DNA of 64,000 nucleotides. Origin: Gemmatimonadales bacterium. GTDB lineage: Bacteria > Gemmatimonadota > Gemmatimonadetes > Gemmatimonadales > GWC2-71-9. The position numbers and the translations under genes were made by a program. The notes under the pieces are model-generated. The model was not told where the DNA came from. It was given only the letters and a program-made list of their open reading frames with translations, and searched no databases. This document shows, one piece after another, positions 1-8,418 of this stretch (within the stretch, counting starts at the first letter, position 1; each line of letters begins with the position of its first letter). The stretch lies in assembly GCA_036274515.1 (NCBI GenBank), contig DASUFQ010000078.1, positions 2,450 to 66,449 of the forward strand, in the 5' to 3' direction.

Positions 1-1
1 G

Positions 2-118
2 CGGCAGACTGCGGTGGCGCACGGCGGCAGCATCGACGTGAAGGAGACGCCGGGGGGAGGCGCTACCTTCACGGTGACCCTCGCGATCGGTGCACCAGGC
101 CCGAGGACCGAGGACTGA
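2..118 (+). CDS. sensor histidine kinase, C-terminal fragment (5' end outside window)
   Basis: Frame 2 reads ...AHGGSIDVKETPGGGATFTVTLAIGAPGPRTED*, typical of the end of an HATPase_c domain. Stop TGA is at 116-118. A sigma-54 response regulator starts 60 nt downstream. Confidence 0.6.
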   Translation, partial: RQTAVAHGGSIDVKETPGGGATFTVTLAIGAPGPRTED

Positions 119-137
119 GGACTGGGGACCGAGGTCT
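103..137 (+). repeat. tandem heptamer array GAGGACC GAGGACT GAGGACT GGGGACC GAGGTCT (5 units)
   Basis: Read directly. It overlaps the last codons and the TGA stop of the kinase fragment. Confidence 0.9.
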
Positions 138-178
138 GGCCCTCCCCGCTTTCCCGCCTTGCACACCTATCTTTCCAA

Positions 179-1585
179 ATGCCCTCCATCCTCCTCATCG
201 ACGACGAGGCCAACATCCGCCGGATGCTCGGTGCGCTGCTGCGCGCCGAGGGGCACGAGGTGTCTGAGGCGCCAAACGGGAACGCCGCCCTGCTCCAGGT
301 GGACGAGACCGAGCCCGACGCGATCTTCCTCGACCTGATGATGCCGCCCGGCCCCGATGGGCTGGCCACCCTCCAGTCCCTGCGCGAGCGCGGGGTCTCG
401 GCGCCGGTCATCATGATGAGCGGCAAGGCGCAGCTGGCCGACGCGGTGCGGGCCGCCCGCCTCGGCGCCTTCCAGTTCCTCGAGAAGCCGCTCACCCCCG
501 AGTCGGTGCTCGTCACCCTGCAGGCGGCGCTCGACCTGTCGCGCACGCAGGCCGCCAACCGGGCGCTGCATGCGGCCCTCGGCCGCCGCGACGAGATGGT
601 GGGCGGCTCGGCCGCGCTCCGCCGGGTCCGCGAGCTGGTGGCGCAGGTGGCGCCGGGCGACACCCGGGTGCTGATAACCGGCGAGTCCGGCACCGGCAAG
701 GAACTGGTGGCCGCGGCGATTCATCGCGCCAGCGGACGGTCCGCCGGCCCCTTCGTGGCGGTCAATTCGGCGGCGATCCCGCGCGACCTGGTCGAATCCG
801 AAATGTTCGGCCACGAGCGGGGGGCCTTTACCGGCGCCAGCGAGCGGCGGATGGGCCGGTTCGAGCTCGCGGACCGCGGCACCCTCTTCCTCGACGAAGT
901 CGGCGACCTGAACCTCGAGGCGCAGGCCAAGCTCCTCCGCGTGCTCGAGGCAGGCGAGGTGCAGCGCGTCGGCGCCGAGCGCACCACCCGGGTCGACGTC
1001 CGCGTCATCGCCGCGACCAACACCCGGCTCGACGACGCGGTGGCGCGGGGACAGGTCCGCGAGGACCTCTTCTTCCGGCTGAATGTCTTCCCGATCCACC
1101 TGCCGCCGCTCCGCGAGCGGCTCGAGGACCTGCCGGCGCTGGTGCGTCACTTTGCGAGCCGGCTCCGGCCGCAGGCGCCGGTCGCGTTCACGCCGGCCGC
1201 GATCGCCGCCATGGCAGCGTATCCGTGGCCGGGCAACGTGCGGGAGCTGGCCAATGTGGTGGAGCGGCTGACGATCCTCTCGGACGGCGAGGTCGGCGCG
1301 GAAGCCGTCCACCAGGTGGTGCCGGCGGCGGGTGCGCGAATGGCGCGGCCCTCGCTGTCCGACCCTGGTCGTCCTCACCCCCTGTCCCCCTCTCCGGGAA
1401 CCGGAGAGGGGGGACGGAGGGAGGTGTCGCTCTCGTTGACGGAATCCCTGGAGACCCACGAGCGCGCGCTGATCCAGGCGGCGCTCGCCGAGGCGGGAGG
1501 CACGGTGGCGGAGGCCGCGCGCATCCTGCAGACCGACCGGGCGAACCTCTACCGGCGGATGAGGCGGCTGGGGTTGGGGGAGTAG
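179..1585 (+). CDS. sigma-54-dependent response regulator (NtrC family: receiver + AAA+ + Fis-type HTH)
   Basis: Receiver N-terminus (ILLIDDE...DLMMP), Walker A GESGTGKE, GAFTGA loop, C-terminal HTH (AEAARILQTDRANLYRRMRRLG). Confidence 0.95.
   Translation: MPSILLIDDEANIRRMLGALLRAEGHEVSEAPNGNAALLQVDETEPDAIFLDLMMPPGPDGLATLQSLRERGVSAPVIMMSGKAQLADAVRAARLGAFQFLEKPLTPESVLVTLQAALDLSRTQAANRALHAALGRRDEMVGGSAALRRVRELVAQVAPGDTRVLITGESGTGKELVAAAIHRASGRSAGPFVAVNSAAIPRDLVESEMFGHERGAFTGASERRMGRFELADRGTLFLDEVGDLNLEAQAKLLRVLEAGEVQRVGAERTTRVDVRVIAATNTRLDDAVARGQVREDLFFRLNVFPIHLPPLRERLEDLPALVRHFASRLRPQAPVAFTPAAIAAMAAYPWPGNVRELANVVERLTILSDGEVGAEAVHQVVPAAGARMARPSLSDPGRPHPLSPSPGTGEGGRREVSLSLTESLETHERALIQAALAEAGGTVAEAARILQTDRANLYRRMRRLGLGE
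1381..1421 (+). repeat. in-frame palindromic element (12-bp perfect stem CCCCCTCTCCGG / CCGGAGAGGGGG, 3-nt loop)
   Basis: Stem 1386-1397 pairs with 1401-1412. It encodes SPSPGTGEGG in the linker before the HTH. The arms are the same as in the hairpin inside tgt. Confidence 0.7.
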
Positions 1586-1594
1586 GGGCGCGGG

Positions 1595-1674
1595 CAGACG
1601 GCCAGACGGCCAGACGGTCAGACGGCCAGACGGTCAGACGGCCAGACGGCCAGACGGCCAGACGGCCAGACGGG
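1595..1674 (+). repeat. octanucleotide tandem repeat (CAGACGGY) x10
   Basis: Ten contiguous 8-bp units read directly (7 x CAGACGGC, 2 x CAGACGGT, 1 x CAGACGGG). Intergenic: 9 nt after the regulator stop and 193 nt before the OMP ATG. Confidence 0.95.
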
Positions 1675-1866
1675 CAGGAAATTAGTTCCCACGTTCGTCC
1701 TCTCCGCTTGGTGGAAAGGGGAACAGGGGGACAGGGGGAGAGGTGGAAACGGCGGAGGGGGAGAGGTGAAGACGGCGACGGGGAATGGCGAAGCCGGGAA
1801 GTGGGACAGGGCGGAAGGTCAACGATGGCGCGGAGGAGCGCGAGTGAGTCTGAGATTGGAGACCGC

Positions 1867-3606
1867 ATGAAGCAGCCCGCCTGGCACCTGCTCGCCCTGT
1901 TGTGCGCGCTCGCCGCGCCGGTCCACGCGCAGGACAGCGTGATGGTGATCGACCCCGACGCCCCCTTCGCGGACAGCACCACGCCCGGCGGATTGCCCGC
2001 GGCGGTCGTCCAGCAGCTCATCCGCACCTGGAATGATTCGGGCACCACCCGGTTCAACGGCCATGTCACGATCGCCGCCGGCACCCGGCTCCAGGGCCCC
2101 GTGGCCCTCTTCCGCGGAACGCTCCGGGTCGGCGGGGTCGTCGAGGGGCCGGTCACCGTCATCAACGGGAACCTGGTCCTCCTGCCCGGCGGGCGGGTGA
2201 CCGGTCCCGTGCTGGTGGTGGGGGGGCGCCTGGTGAAACAGGAGGGGAGCGTCCTCGAGGGCGGCGAGAAGGTGTACTGGGACCTGGCGCCGGTGGCCCG
2301 CCTCAACGACGGCACCCTCGCCCCGCAGAAGACGCCGGACCTCGAGAACCTCGGCCGGGCCGAGGCGACGTTCGGCGTCGGGAAGATCCGCACCACCCTG
2401 CACGCCTCGACCGGCGGTACCTACGACCGCGTCGAAGGCTTCCCGCTCGAGGCGGGACCGGCCTTCGAGTGGCGGGCCACGGAACGCGACCGCGTCAAGC
2501 TGGACCTGACGGGCATCGTCCGCACGACGACCGACCACAGCGACTCGCGGAGCGACTTCGGGTACCGGGCCAAGCTGGAATGGCGGCGGTTCGGGGAGAT
2601 CGGCTACGGATTCGGGGCCCGCGCCTGGAGCGTGATCGACGTCATCCCGGACCAGACACTCTCCCGCGCGGAGTCGGGGTGGTCGTCGATCCTGCTGCAG
2701 GACGACCAGTACGACTACTACGACGCCCAGGGGGTCGGCATCTACGGGTTCGTGGTGCCCGCGCGCCAGTTCCGGATCGACCTCTCCTACGACGGCGAGG
2801 AGCAGTCGTCGGTGCCCGCGAACGATCCCTGGTCGCTCTTCGTGAACGAGAGCCGGTGGCGACCCAACCCGCTGATCGACGATGGCGAATACTCCCTCGC
2901 GCGGGGATCGGTGACTCTCGACACCCGCGACAGCGACCGGCAGCCCGCCATCGGCTGGTATGCCAAGTTAAGCGCGGAATTCGGGGCCAGCGACGACGTC
3001 GCCCCGGCGGCGCTCCCGCCGGGCGTCCGAAACCCGATCGCGACCGACGGCTCCTACAACTACGCACTGCTGACCACCGACGTCCGGCGGTACTTCCGGC
3101 TCTCCCCGGACGACCGGCTGAGCGGGCGCGCCTACTTCTCCGGCTGGATGGGCGGCGACCCGCTGCCGGTGCAGCGGCGGCTCTCCCTCGGCGGCCCCTC
3201 GATCCTTCCGGGCGACGCCTTCCGCCAGATCAACTGCACCCCGCCCGGCGAGTCCAACCCCTCGCAGGCGAGCCTGTGCGACCGGACGCTCTTCTTCCAG
3301 GTGGAATTCCGGCACCGGCTGAACCTCGGATGGCACTACACCCTGAGCGAAGGGAAGGAAGGCTCGGCGGGCCGCATCATCGGCATCCAGACCGCCGATC
3401 TCGTGTTCCTCTCCGACCTCGGCACCGCCTGGCTGAGCGGGACCGGCCCGGGCCATGTGCCGAACAACCGTCTCCCCTCGCTCGACACCTGGACCGCCGA
3501 CATCGGCGCCGGCATCGACTTCGGGTTCATCGGCGCCTACCTGGCCAAGTCGGTGACCGACGACGGCCCGGTGCGCCTCTCCATCCGACTGCAGCGCCGC
3601 TTCTAG
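1867..3606 (+). CDS. outer-membrane beta-barrel protein (Omp85/surface-antigen-like) with N-terminal bactofilin-like beta-helical repeat region
   Basis: Signal peptide MKQPAWHLLALLCALAAPVHA-QD. G/V-rich repeats follow (GHVTIAAGTRLQGPVALFRGTLRVGGVVEGPVTVINGNLVLLPGGRVTGPVLVVGG), then alternating beta-strand sequence ending in ...IRLQRRF (C-terminal Phe). The start is taken at the internal ATG of the 1225-3606 ORF. Confidence 0.8.
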   Translation: MKQPAWHLLALLCALAAPVHAQDSVMVIDPDAPFADSTTPGGLPAAVVQQLIRTWNDSGTTRFNGHVTIAAGTRLQGPVALFRGTLRVGGVVEGPVTVINGNLVLLPGGRVTGPVLVVGGRLVKQEGSVLEGGEKVYWDLAPVARLNDGTLAPQKTPDLENLGRAEATFGVGKIRTTLHASTGGTYDRVEGFPLEAGPAFEWRATERDRVKLDLTGIVRTTTDHSDSRSDFGYRAKLEWRRFGEIGYGFGARAWSVIDVIPDQTLSRAESGWSSILLQDDQYDYYDAQGVGIYGFVVPARQFRIDLSYDGEEQSSVPANDPWSLFVNESRWRPNPLIDDGEYSLARGSVTLDTRDSDRQPAIGWYAKLSAEFGASDDVAPAALPPGVRNPIATDGSYNYALLTTDVRRYFRLSPDDRLSGRAYFSGWMGGDPLPVQRRLSLGGPSILPGDAFRQINCTPPGESNPSQASLCDRTLFFQVEFRHRLNLGWHYTLSEGKEGSAGRIIGIQTADLVFLSDLGTAWLSGTGPGHVPNNRLPSLDTWTADIGAGIDFGFIGAYLAKSVTDDGPVRLSIRLQRRF

Positions 3607-4266
3607 ATGCGCCTGGCGGCTCACCTCCTGCTGTTCGCGGCCCTGGCGCTCCCGGGTGCCGGCGTGCTGACCGCGCAGGGCGCCGCCGGCGTCAGGCTGG
3701 CGGTGGCCCTGACGCCGGACGCGGGGCGCCCGAACGGGAAGCTCCCCGAGGCGCGGGTCAGCGGCCTGCTGGAGGACGATCGCTGGACTTCCGCGCTGCT
3801 CAGCGGCCTCCCGCTCCGGCTCCACTACCGCCTCGAGCTCTGGCGCTCACGCTCCTCGTGGTTCGACGCGGCGGTCCGGTCGGTCGAATGGGACGTCGTC
3901 GTGCGGCGGGAACCGCTGCTCGACCAGTATACGGTCACCACCGTGCTCCTGGGCCGCACCCGCCAGCAGCGCTACCCCGACCTCGGCGCGCTCGGCAGCG
4001 CCCTCGGCGTGGCCTACCGGATCGCGGTGCGCCCGAGCGACCCGGGGGAGTACTACTACGTGGCGACGCTGTCGGTGTCGACGCTCTCCGACGCCGACCT
4101 CGACGAGATGGACCGGGTCATGCGGGGGGAGACCGGCGCCGCCACCGACGACAACGGCAACGTGGGCGACGCGGTCGGCCGGACCGCGCGCCGGATGCTG
4201 TTGCGCGTGGCGGGGCTGCCGATCATGCGGGTGGATGGGAGGAGCGAATCGTTCAGGATCAAATAG
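3607..4266 (+). CDS. secreted hypothetical protein
   Basis: The ATG immediately follows the OMP stop. Signal peptide MRLAAHLLLFAALALPGAGVLTAQ. GC3-rich codons. No family recognised with confidence. Confidence 0.6.
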   Translation: MRLAAHLLLFAALALPGAGVLTAQGAAGVRLAVALTPDAGRPNGKLPEARVSGLLEDDRWTSALLSGLPLRLHYRLELWRSRSSWFDAAVRSVEWDVVVRREPLLDQYTVTTVLLGRTRQQRYPDLGALGSALGVAYRIAVRPSDPGEYYYVATLSVSTLSDADLDEMDRVMRGETGAATDDNGNVGDAVGRTARRMLLRVAGLPIMRVDGRSESFRIK

Positions 4267-4338
4267 GACTGAGGACTGAGGGCGATCCGAAGGTCGTCGA
4301 ACCGGATCTCAGTCCCCAGTCCTCAGTCCTCGTTCCTA
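4264..4338. repeat. inverted pair of heptamer arrays forming a long hairpin between convergent genes
   Basis: Left arm TAGGACT GAGGACT GAGGGCG (4264-4284). Right arm is the reverse complement of TAGGAAC GAGGACT GAGGACT GGGGACT GAG (4308-4338). 14 bp pair perfectly (4265-4278 with 4317-4330), plus an inner GATCCG/CGGATC. Both flanking stop codons lie inside the arms. Confidence 0.85.
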
Positions 4339-4887
4339 GTGTGTCCGCAGCGCGTGCAGCGCGGCCTCTCCGTAGAACAGCCGGATGTACTTGGCCTGTG
4401 TCCGGCTCAGGCTCCGCACCGCCCACGACAGGTGGACGAAGTGGGGCTCGAGGGGCGGGTGCAGCGGCACCATCCCGCACTCCTCGGGGAGGCGGTTGCC
4501 CTTGCGGGTGTTGCAGGTGCTGCAGGCCGTCACCACGTTGGTCCACGCATTCCCGCCGCCGCGCGAGATCGGCACCAGGTGGTCGCGCGTGAGGCACTCG
4601 CGCGGACGCAGCTCCGGCTGGCTCCGGCTGCAGAACTGGCAGCGGTAGCCATCGCGGGCAAAGAGGAAAGTGTTGGTGACGTGGCGGCGGAAGCGGCGGG
4701 GGACGTGCACGAACTTGACGAGTCGGATGATGGCTGGCCGTGGGATGGCCAGCCGCTCACTTCGCATGTACTCCGGTCCGTCGGCCTCGACGATTTCGGC
4801 CTTGCCCTCGATGACCAGCCGCAGCGCCCGGCGGACGGGCACCATGGTCAGCGGCTCGAAAGAGGCGTTCAAGGCAAGGCAGCGCAT
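4336..4887 (-). CDS. HNH endonuclease family protein
   Basis: 183 aa from the internal ATG (MRCLALNASFEPL...). HNH/zinc motif CQFC...DHLVPISRGG...N...CSTCNTRKGN. The upstream 539-aa extension in the track is GC-shadow. Confidence 0.85.
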   Translation of the reverse strand: MRCLALNASFEPLTMVPVRRALRLVIEGKAEIVEADGPEYMRSERLAIPRPAIIRLVKFVHVPRRFRRHVTNTFLFARDGYRCQFCSRSQPELRPRECLTRDHLVPISRGGGNAWTNVVTACSTCNTRKGNRLPEECGMVPLHPPLEPHFVHLSWAVRSLSRTQAKYIRLFYGEAALHALRTH

Positions 4888-4967
4888 GCCGTGATTCCCG
4901 GGTGAGGTGGTTGGAAGAATCGTAACGGCCGGTGCTGGCGGCAGCAAGGGAGGGCCGGCCCGCGGCG

Positions 4968-6206
4968 CTACCGTCGGTGGACGGTCCGTCCCCCGAGGAT
5001 TGTCTCCACCACATCCGCCGGCCCGCTGGCCAGGATCGCCTCGAGAACGGCGTCGGCTGCCCGCGCCCCCGCGATCCCGACGACCGCCGCATCTCCCCAC
5101 ATCCCCGCGCGCAATGACCCGACCTCCCGCTCGAGCCCGAGCGCGGCGGCGGCCCCCGTCGTGGCCAGCGCCAACGCCGCGTCCGCCGCCAGCCCGGCCA
5201 GCGCCCGGGCGGCGCGCGCCTCGGCAAGCAGATCGAGCGCCCCGACGCTCACCTCCGAATCGGTGCCCACCCCCACCCGCAGCCCCGCGCGGAGGAAGGC
5301 TCCGATCGGCGCCGTGCCATGCCCGTGCCTGCGGTTGGAGAGCGGACAGTGCGCCACAGCGCAGCGATGGAGCCCAAGCAGCGCGATGTCCCGCGCCCCC
5401 GCCTGCACGACGTGGATGGCGAGGGTGGAGGGCCCCAGCACCCCGTGCTGCGCCAGCCACTCGACCGGGGACCGCCCCGGCAGCGAGGGGACCGGGATCC
5501 CGCGCGCCGCCCATGCCTCGGCAAAGGGCCCCGCGGCACCCTGCAGCAGTTCCGATTCGGCCGTGGATTCCGCGAGGTGCACCGCGATGGGGAAACCGCC
5601 GTCGGCGGCGAAGACGGCGATCGCCGCGTAGAGCGGCCCGCTGACGGTATAGGGCGCGTGCGGCGACACGCCGAGCCGCACGCGAGCGAAGGCAAACTGC
5701 CGGAGGGAGGCCATCCGCGCCCGGAAACCCGCCATGCTCTCGTCCACCTGGTCCGGATGGGGCCCGAACACCTCGTGGTAGGCGATGCCGCTCCCACCCG
5801 CCCCCGCCATCGCCTCGATGACCGCGCCGGAATCGCCGGTGTCCGCCACGGTCGTGACCCCGGCGGCATGGCAGGCGGCCAGGCCGGCACGCGCCGCGTC
5901 GAGGAAGTCGGCCTGCGAGCGCTCCGCCTTGAGTGCCCGCACCCGCCGAATCCATGACGGGAAGTCGTCCTCGGGGGCCTTGCCGGCCAGGCCGGTGAGC
6001 TCGAGATGGGTGTGGGTGTTGACCAGGCCGGGAATGAGGGCCGCGCCGGGGAACCGCTCGCGCTCGACCCCGTGAGGCGCGGCGACGGCGGCGCGGGGGC
6101 CGACCTCCCGGATGCGTCCGTCCGCGCCGATCAGCACCGCGCCGTCATGGATCGGCGGGCCATCCATGGGGACGACCCAGTCGGCGCTCAGGAGGCGAAC
6201 GGGCAC
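4968..6206 (-). CDS. amidohydrolase-family metal-dependent deaminase/chlorohydrolase (MtaD/aminofutalosine-deaminase-like)
   Basis: N-terminal LIPGLVNTHTHLEL metal-binding motif. Later H...H and D motifs (AVHLAES, GTDS). Confidence 0.85.
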   Translation of the reverse strand: MPVRLLSADWVVPMDGPPIHDGAVLIGADGRIREVGPRAAVAAPHGVERERFPGAALIPGLVNTHTHLELTGLAGKAPEDDFPSWIRRVRALKAERSQADFLDAARAGLAACHAAGVTTVADTGDSGAVIEAMAGAGGSGIAYHEVFGPHPDQVDESMAGFRARMASLRQFAFARVRLGVSPHAPYTVSGPLYAAIAVFAADGGFPIAVHLAESTAESELLQGAAGPFAEAWAARGIPVPSLPGRSPVEWLAQHGVLGPSTLAIHVVQAGARDIALLGLHRCAVAHCPLSNRRHGHGTAPIGAFLRAGLRVGVGTDSEVSVGALDLLAEARAARALAGLAADAALALATTGAAAALGLEREVGSLRAGMWGDAAVVGIAGARAADAVLEAILASGPADVVETILGGRTVHRR

Positions 6207-6207
6207 C

Positions 6208-8403
6208 TCACGGCTCGGTGGGCGCGGGCTCGATCGGGGCGGCGTCGACGGCGGTCGACTGCCCGAAGGGAAGGTGCACGGGGCAGGCTTCGTTCGGCTC
6301 GCTGCCGGGCAGGAACCACTCCATGCCGCGCACCGCCGTCGGGCAGTATGGCGAGGCCCGGAACCCGGTGGTGCGGTCGATTTCGACGCTGACCAGGCCG
6401 TCGGGCTGCGGCCACCCGCCGGGGGTGCTCCGCCGCTCGTAGACCTCCTCCATCATCTGCCGCCAGGCCGGCGCGGCGAGGATGCCGCCCTGCGCGTTCG
6501 GCTTGATCTTGTCGGGGTTGTCCAGGCCGAACCAGAAGCCGGCGACGAGGTCGGAGGTGTAGCCGATGAACCAGACGTCGAAGCCATCGTTGGTCGTGCC
6601 GGTCTTGCCGCCGATCGGGAAGTTGAGTCCCGCGGCGGCCCGGGTGCCGGTGCCGCGCCGCACCACGTCCTGCAGCGCGCCGTTCATCATCCAGGCCAGG
6701 GGCGGATCCATGACCGGATCGAGCCTCGGCTTGGGCTGCCAGAGGATGTTCCCCTGCCGGTCCTCCACCCGGAGGATGCCCATTGGCGTGGCCCGCTCCC
6801 CCTGGTTGGCGAAGGCGGTGTAGGCCGCGATCATCTCGAGGGGCTTCACCAGCGCCGACCCGAGGTGGATCGACGGCACGGCGGGAATCGGCGACGCGAC
6901 CAGCCCGAACCGGGTCCCCTCCGCGATCACCGCCTCCTCGCCGATTTCCATCCCGAGCTTGATGGCGATGATGTTGACCGACTGGTAGAGCGCCTGGCGG
7001 AGCGGCATCGGACCCCGGAAGGTATTGTCGTAGTTCTGCGGCTCCCAGGGCGGTTGCGACCCCGGCATCTCGACGGTGATCGGTTCGTCCACCATGACGG
7101 TCGTGAGCGGCACCCCCGCCCGCACACCGGCGGTGTAGACGATCGGCTTGAAGGTCGAGCCCGGCTGGCGGAGCGCCTGCGTGGCGCGATTGAACTTGCT
7201 GTCCTCGAAGTCCCGGCCGCCCACCATGGCGAGGATGTACCCGGTCTTCGCCTCGAGGGTGACGGTGAGCCCCTGCAGGTAGGGGCTCACGGTGTGCTCC
7301 GACTCGTCGTCGCGCTCGGCCTTCTTCTCGATGTAGTCGGCGTAGGTCTGGTGGCGGTACGGGCCGTAGGTGCCCGCCTCGATGGCACTCAGCTGCGCCT
7401 CCAGCGCCCGCTCGGCGGACTGCTGGATGTCGAGGTCGAGGGTGGTGTAGATCCGGAGGCCGTCGGTGTAGAGCCGCGGGCCGAAGCGGGCGTCCAGTTG
7501 CTGCCGGATGTACTCCACAAAATATTCCGCCACGCCGCTGAAGTCGTCGCGCGACGAGAGCAGCAGCGGGTAGGCCTTCCACCGCTGCGCCTCCTGCTCG
7601 GTGATGGTCCCCTGGGCCGCGAGGAGCCCGATGACCAGGTTGCGGCGCTGGAGGGCCCGCGCCGGATGCCGCCGCGGGTTGTAGCGGCTGGGCGACTTCG
7701 GGATGGCGGCCAGCGACGCCGCCTCGGCGACGTTGAGGTCCCGCGAGGACTTGCCGAAGTACCGCTGGGAGGCCGCCTCGACCCCGAAGGCGCGGTTGCC
7801 GAGGTCGATCTGGTTGAGGTACAGCTCGAGGATCTTGTCCTTGGAGTAGCGGGCCTCGATCTCGGTGGCGACCCGGGCCTCGCGGATCTTCCGGTCGAGC
7901 GACCGCTCCCGGCGGTTGAGGTCCTCCGGGAAAAGGTTGCGGGCCAGCTGCATCGTGATGGTCGAGAACCCCTCGCTCACGCCGCCGGCCAGGATGTTGG
8001 CCTTGACCGCGCCGAAGAACCGGATCCAGTCGATGCCGTGGTGCTGGTAGAACCGCTTGTCCTCGGTGGCCAGGAAGGCGGCGACCAGCGCCGGGGACAT
8101 CTCCTGGAGCGAGAGCACGGTGCGCCGCTCCTTGCCGAGGTCGGTGATGAGGCGGCCGTCGGCGGCGTACACCTTGGAGGCCTGGTCGGGATCGTAGGTG
8201 TCGAGCCCCTCGATGGAGGGGCACCGATTCCCCGAGCAGGCGCGCATCCAGGCGCCGGCGAGCAGGGCGGCGCCGAAGACGGTGACGCCGAGGACCGACA
8301 GGAGGGCCGTCCGGCGAATCTTCGGGGTGCGCCACCAGCGGAGAAGGGTGTCCCGGAGGGTGATCAGGAGGGCACGGAGCATTGAGGGAAAGTAATCGTC
8401 CAC
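6208..8403 (-). CDS. mrcA: penicillin-binding protein 1A (bifunctional transglycosylase/transpeptidase)
   Basis: GT51 motifs ([17 protein letters not shown]), transpeptidase SxxK (GSTFK) and KTGT. The start may be the second Met (8382). Confidence 0.95.
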   Translation of the reverse strand: MDDYFPSMLRALLITLRDTLLRWWRTPKIRRTALLSVLGVTVFGAALLAGAWMRACSGNRCPSIEGLDTYDPDQASKVYAADGRLITDLGKERRTVLSLQEMSPALVAAFLATEDKRFYQHHGIDWIRFFGAVKANILAGGVSEGFSTITMQLARNLFPEDLNRRERSLDRKIREARVATEIEARYSKDKILELYLNQIDLGNRAFGVEAASQRYFGKSSRDLNVAEAASLAAIPKSPSRYNPRRHPARALQRRNLVIGLLAAQGTITEQEAQRWKAYPLLLSSRDDFSGVAEYFVEYIRQQLDARFGPRLYTDGLRIYTTLDLDIQQSAERALEAQLSAIEAGTYGPYRHQTYADYIEKKAERDDESEHTVSPYLQGLTVTLEAKTGYILAMVGGRDFEDSKFNRATQALRQPGSTFKPIVYTAGVRAGVPLTTVMVDEPITVEMPGSQPPWEPQNYDNTFRGPMPLRQALYQSVNIIAIKLGMEIGEEAVIAEGTRFGLVASPIPAVPSIHLGSALVKPLEMIAAYTAFANQGERATPMGILRVEDRQGNILWQPKPRLDPVMDPPLAWMMNGALQDVVRRGTGTRAAAGLNFPIGGKTGTTNDGFDVWFIGYTSDLVAGFWFGLDNPDKIKPNAQGGILAAPAWRQMMEEVYERRSTPGGWPQPDGLVSVEIDRTTGFRASPYCPTAVRGMEWFLPGSEPNEACPVHLPFGQSTAVDAAPIEPAPTEP

Positions 8404-8418
8404 CTAGCTTTCTCCACC

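Noticed and set aside
1595-1674. The octamer repeat as a CRISPR array, or as Neisseria-type DNA uptake sequences. The minus-strand unit GCCGTCTG equals the first 8 nt of the DUS GCCGTCTGAA.
   Set aside because: The units are contiguous with no spacers and are far too short for CRISPR repeats, and no cas genes are present. The DUS resemblance covers only 8 nt, lacks the terminal AA, is tandem rather than dispersed, and the organism is clearly not a Neisseria. I treat it as coincidence.
4888-5955. N-terminal extensions suggested by the ORF track. Examples: HNH ORF to 5955, patatin ORF from 11526, OMP ORF from 1225, GT2 ORF to 14203, HAD ORF to 47089 and histidine kinase ORF to 52664.
   Set aside because: The extensions overlap the neighbouring real gene, are Arg/Pro/Gly-rich, and lie upstream of internal starts that coincide with signal peptides, conserved N-terminal motifs or 4-nt stop/start overlaps.
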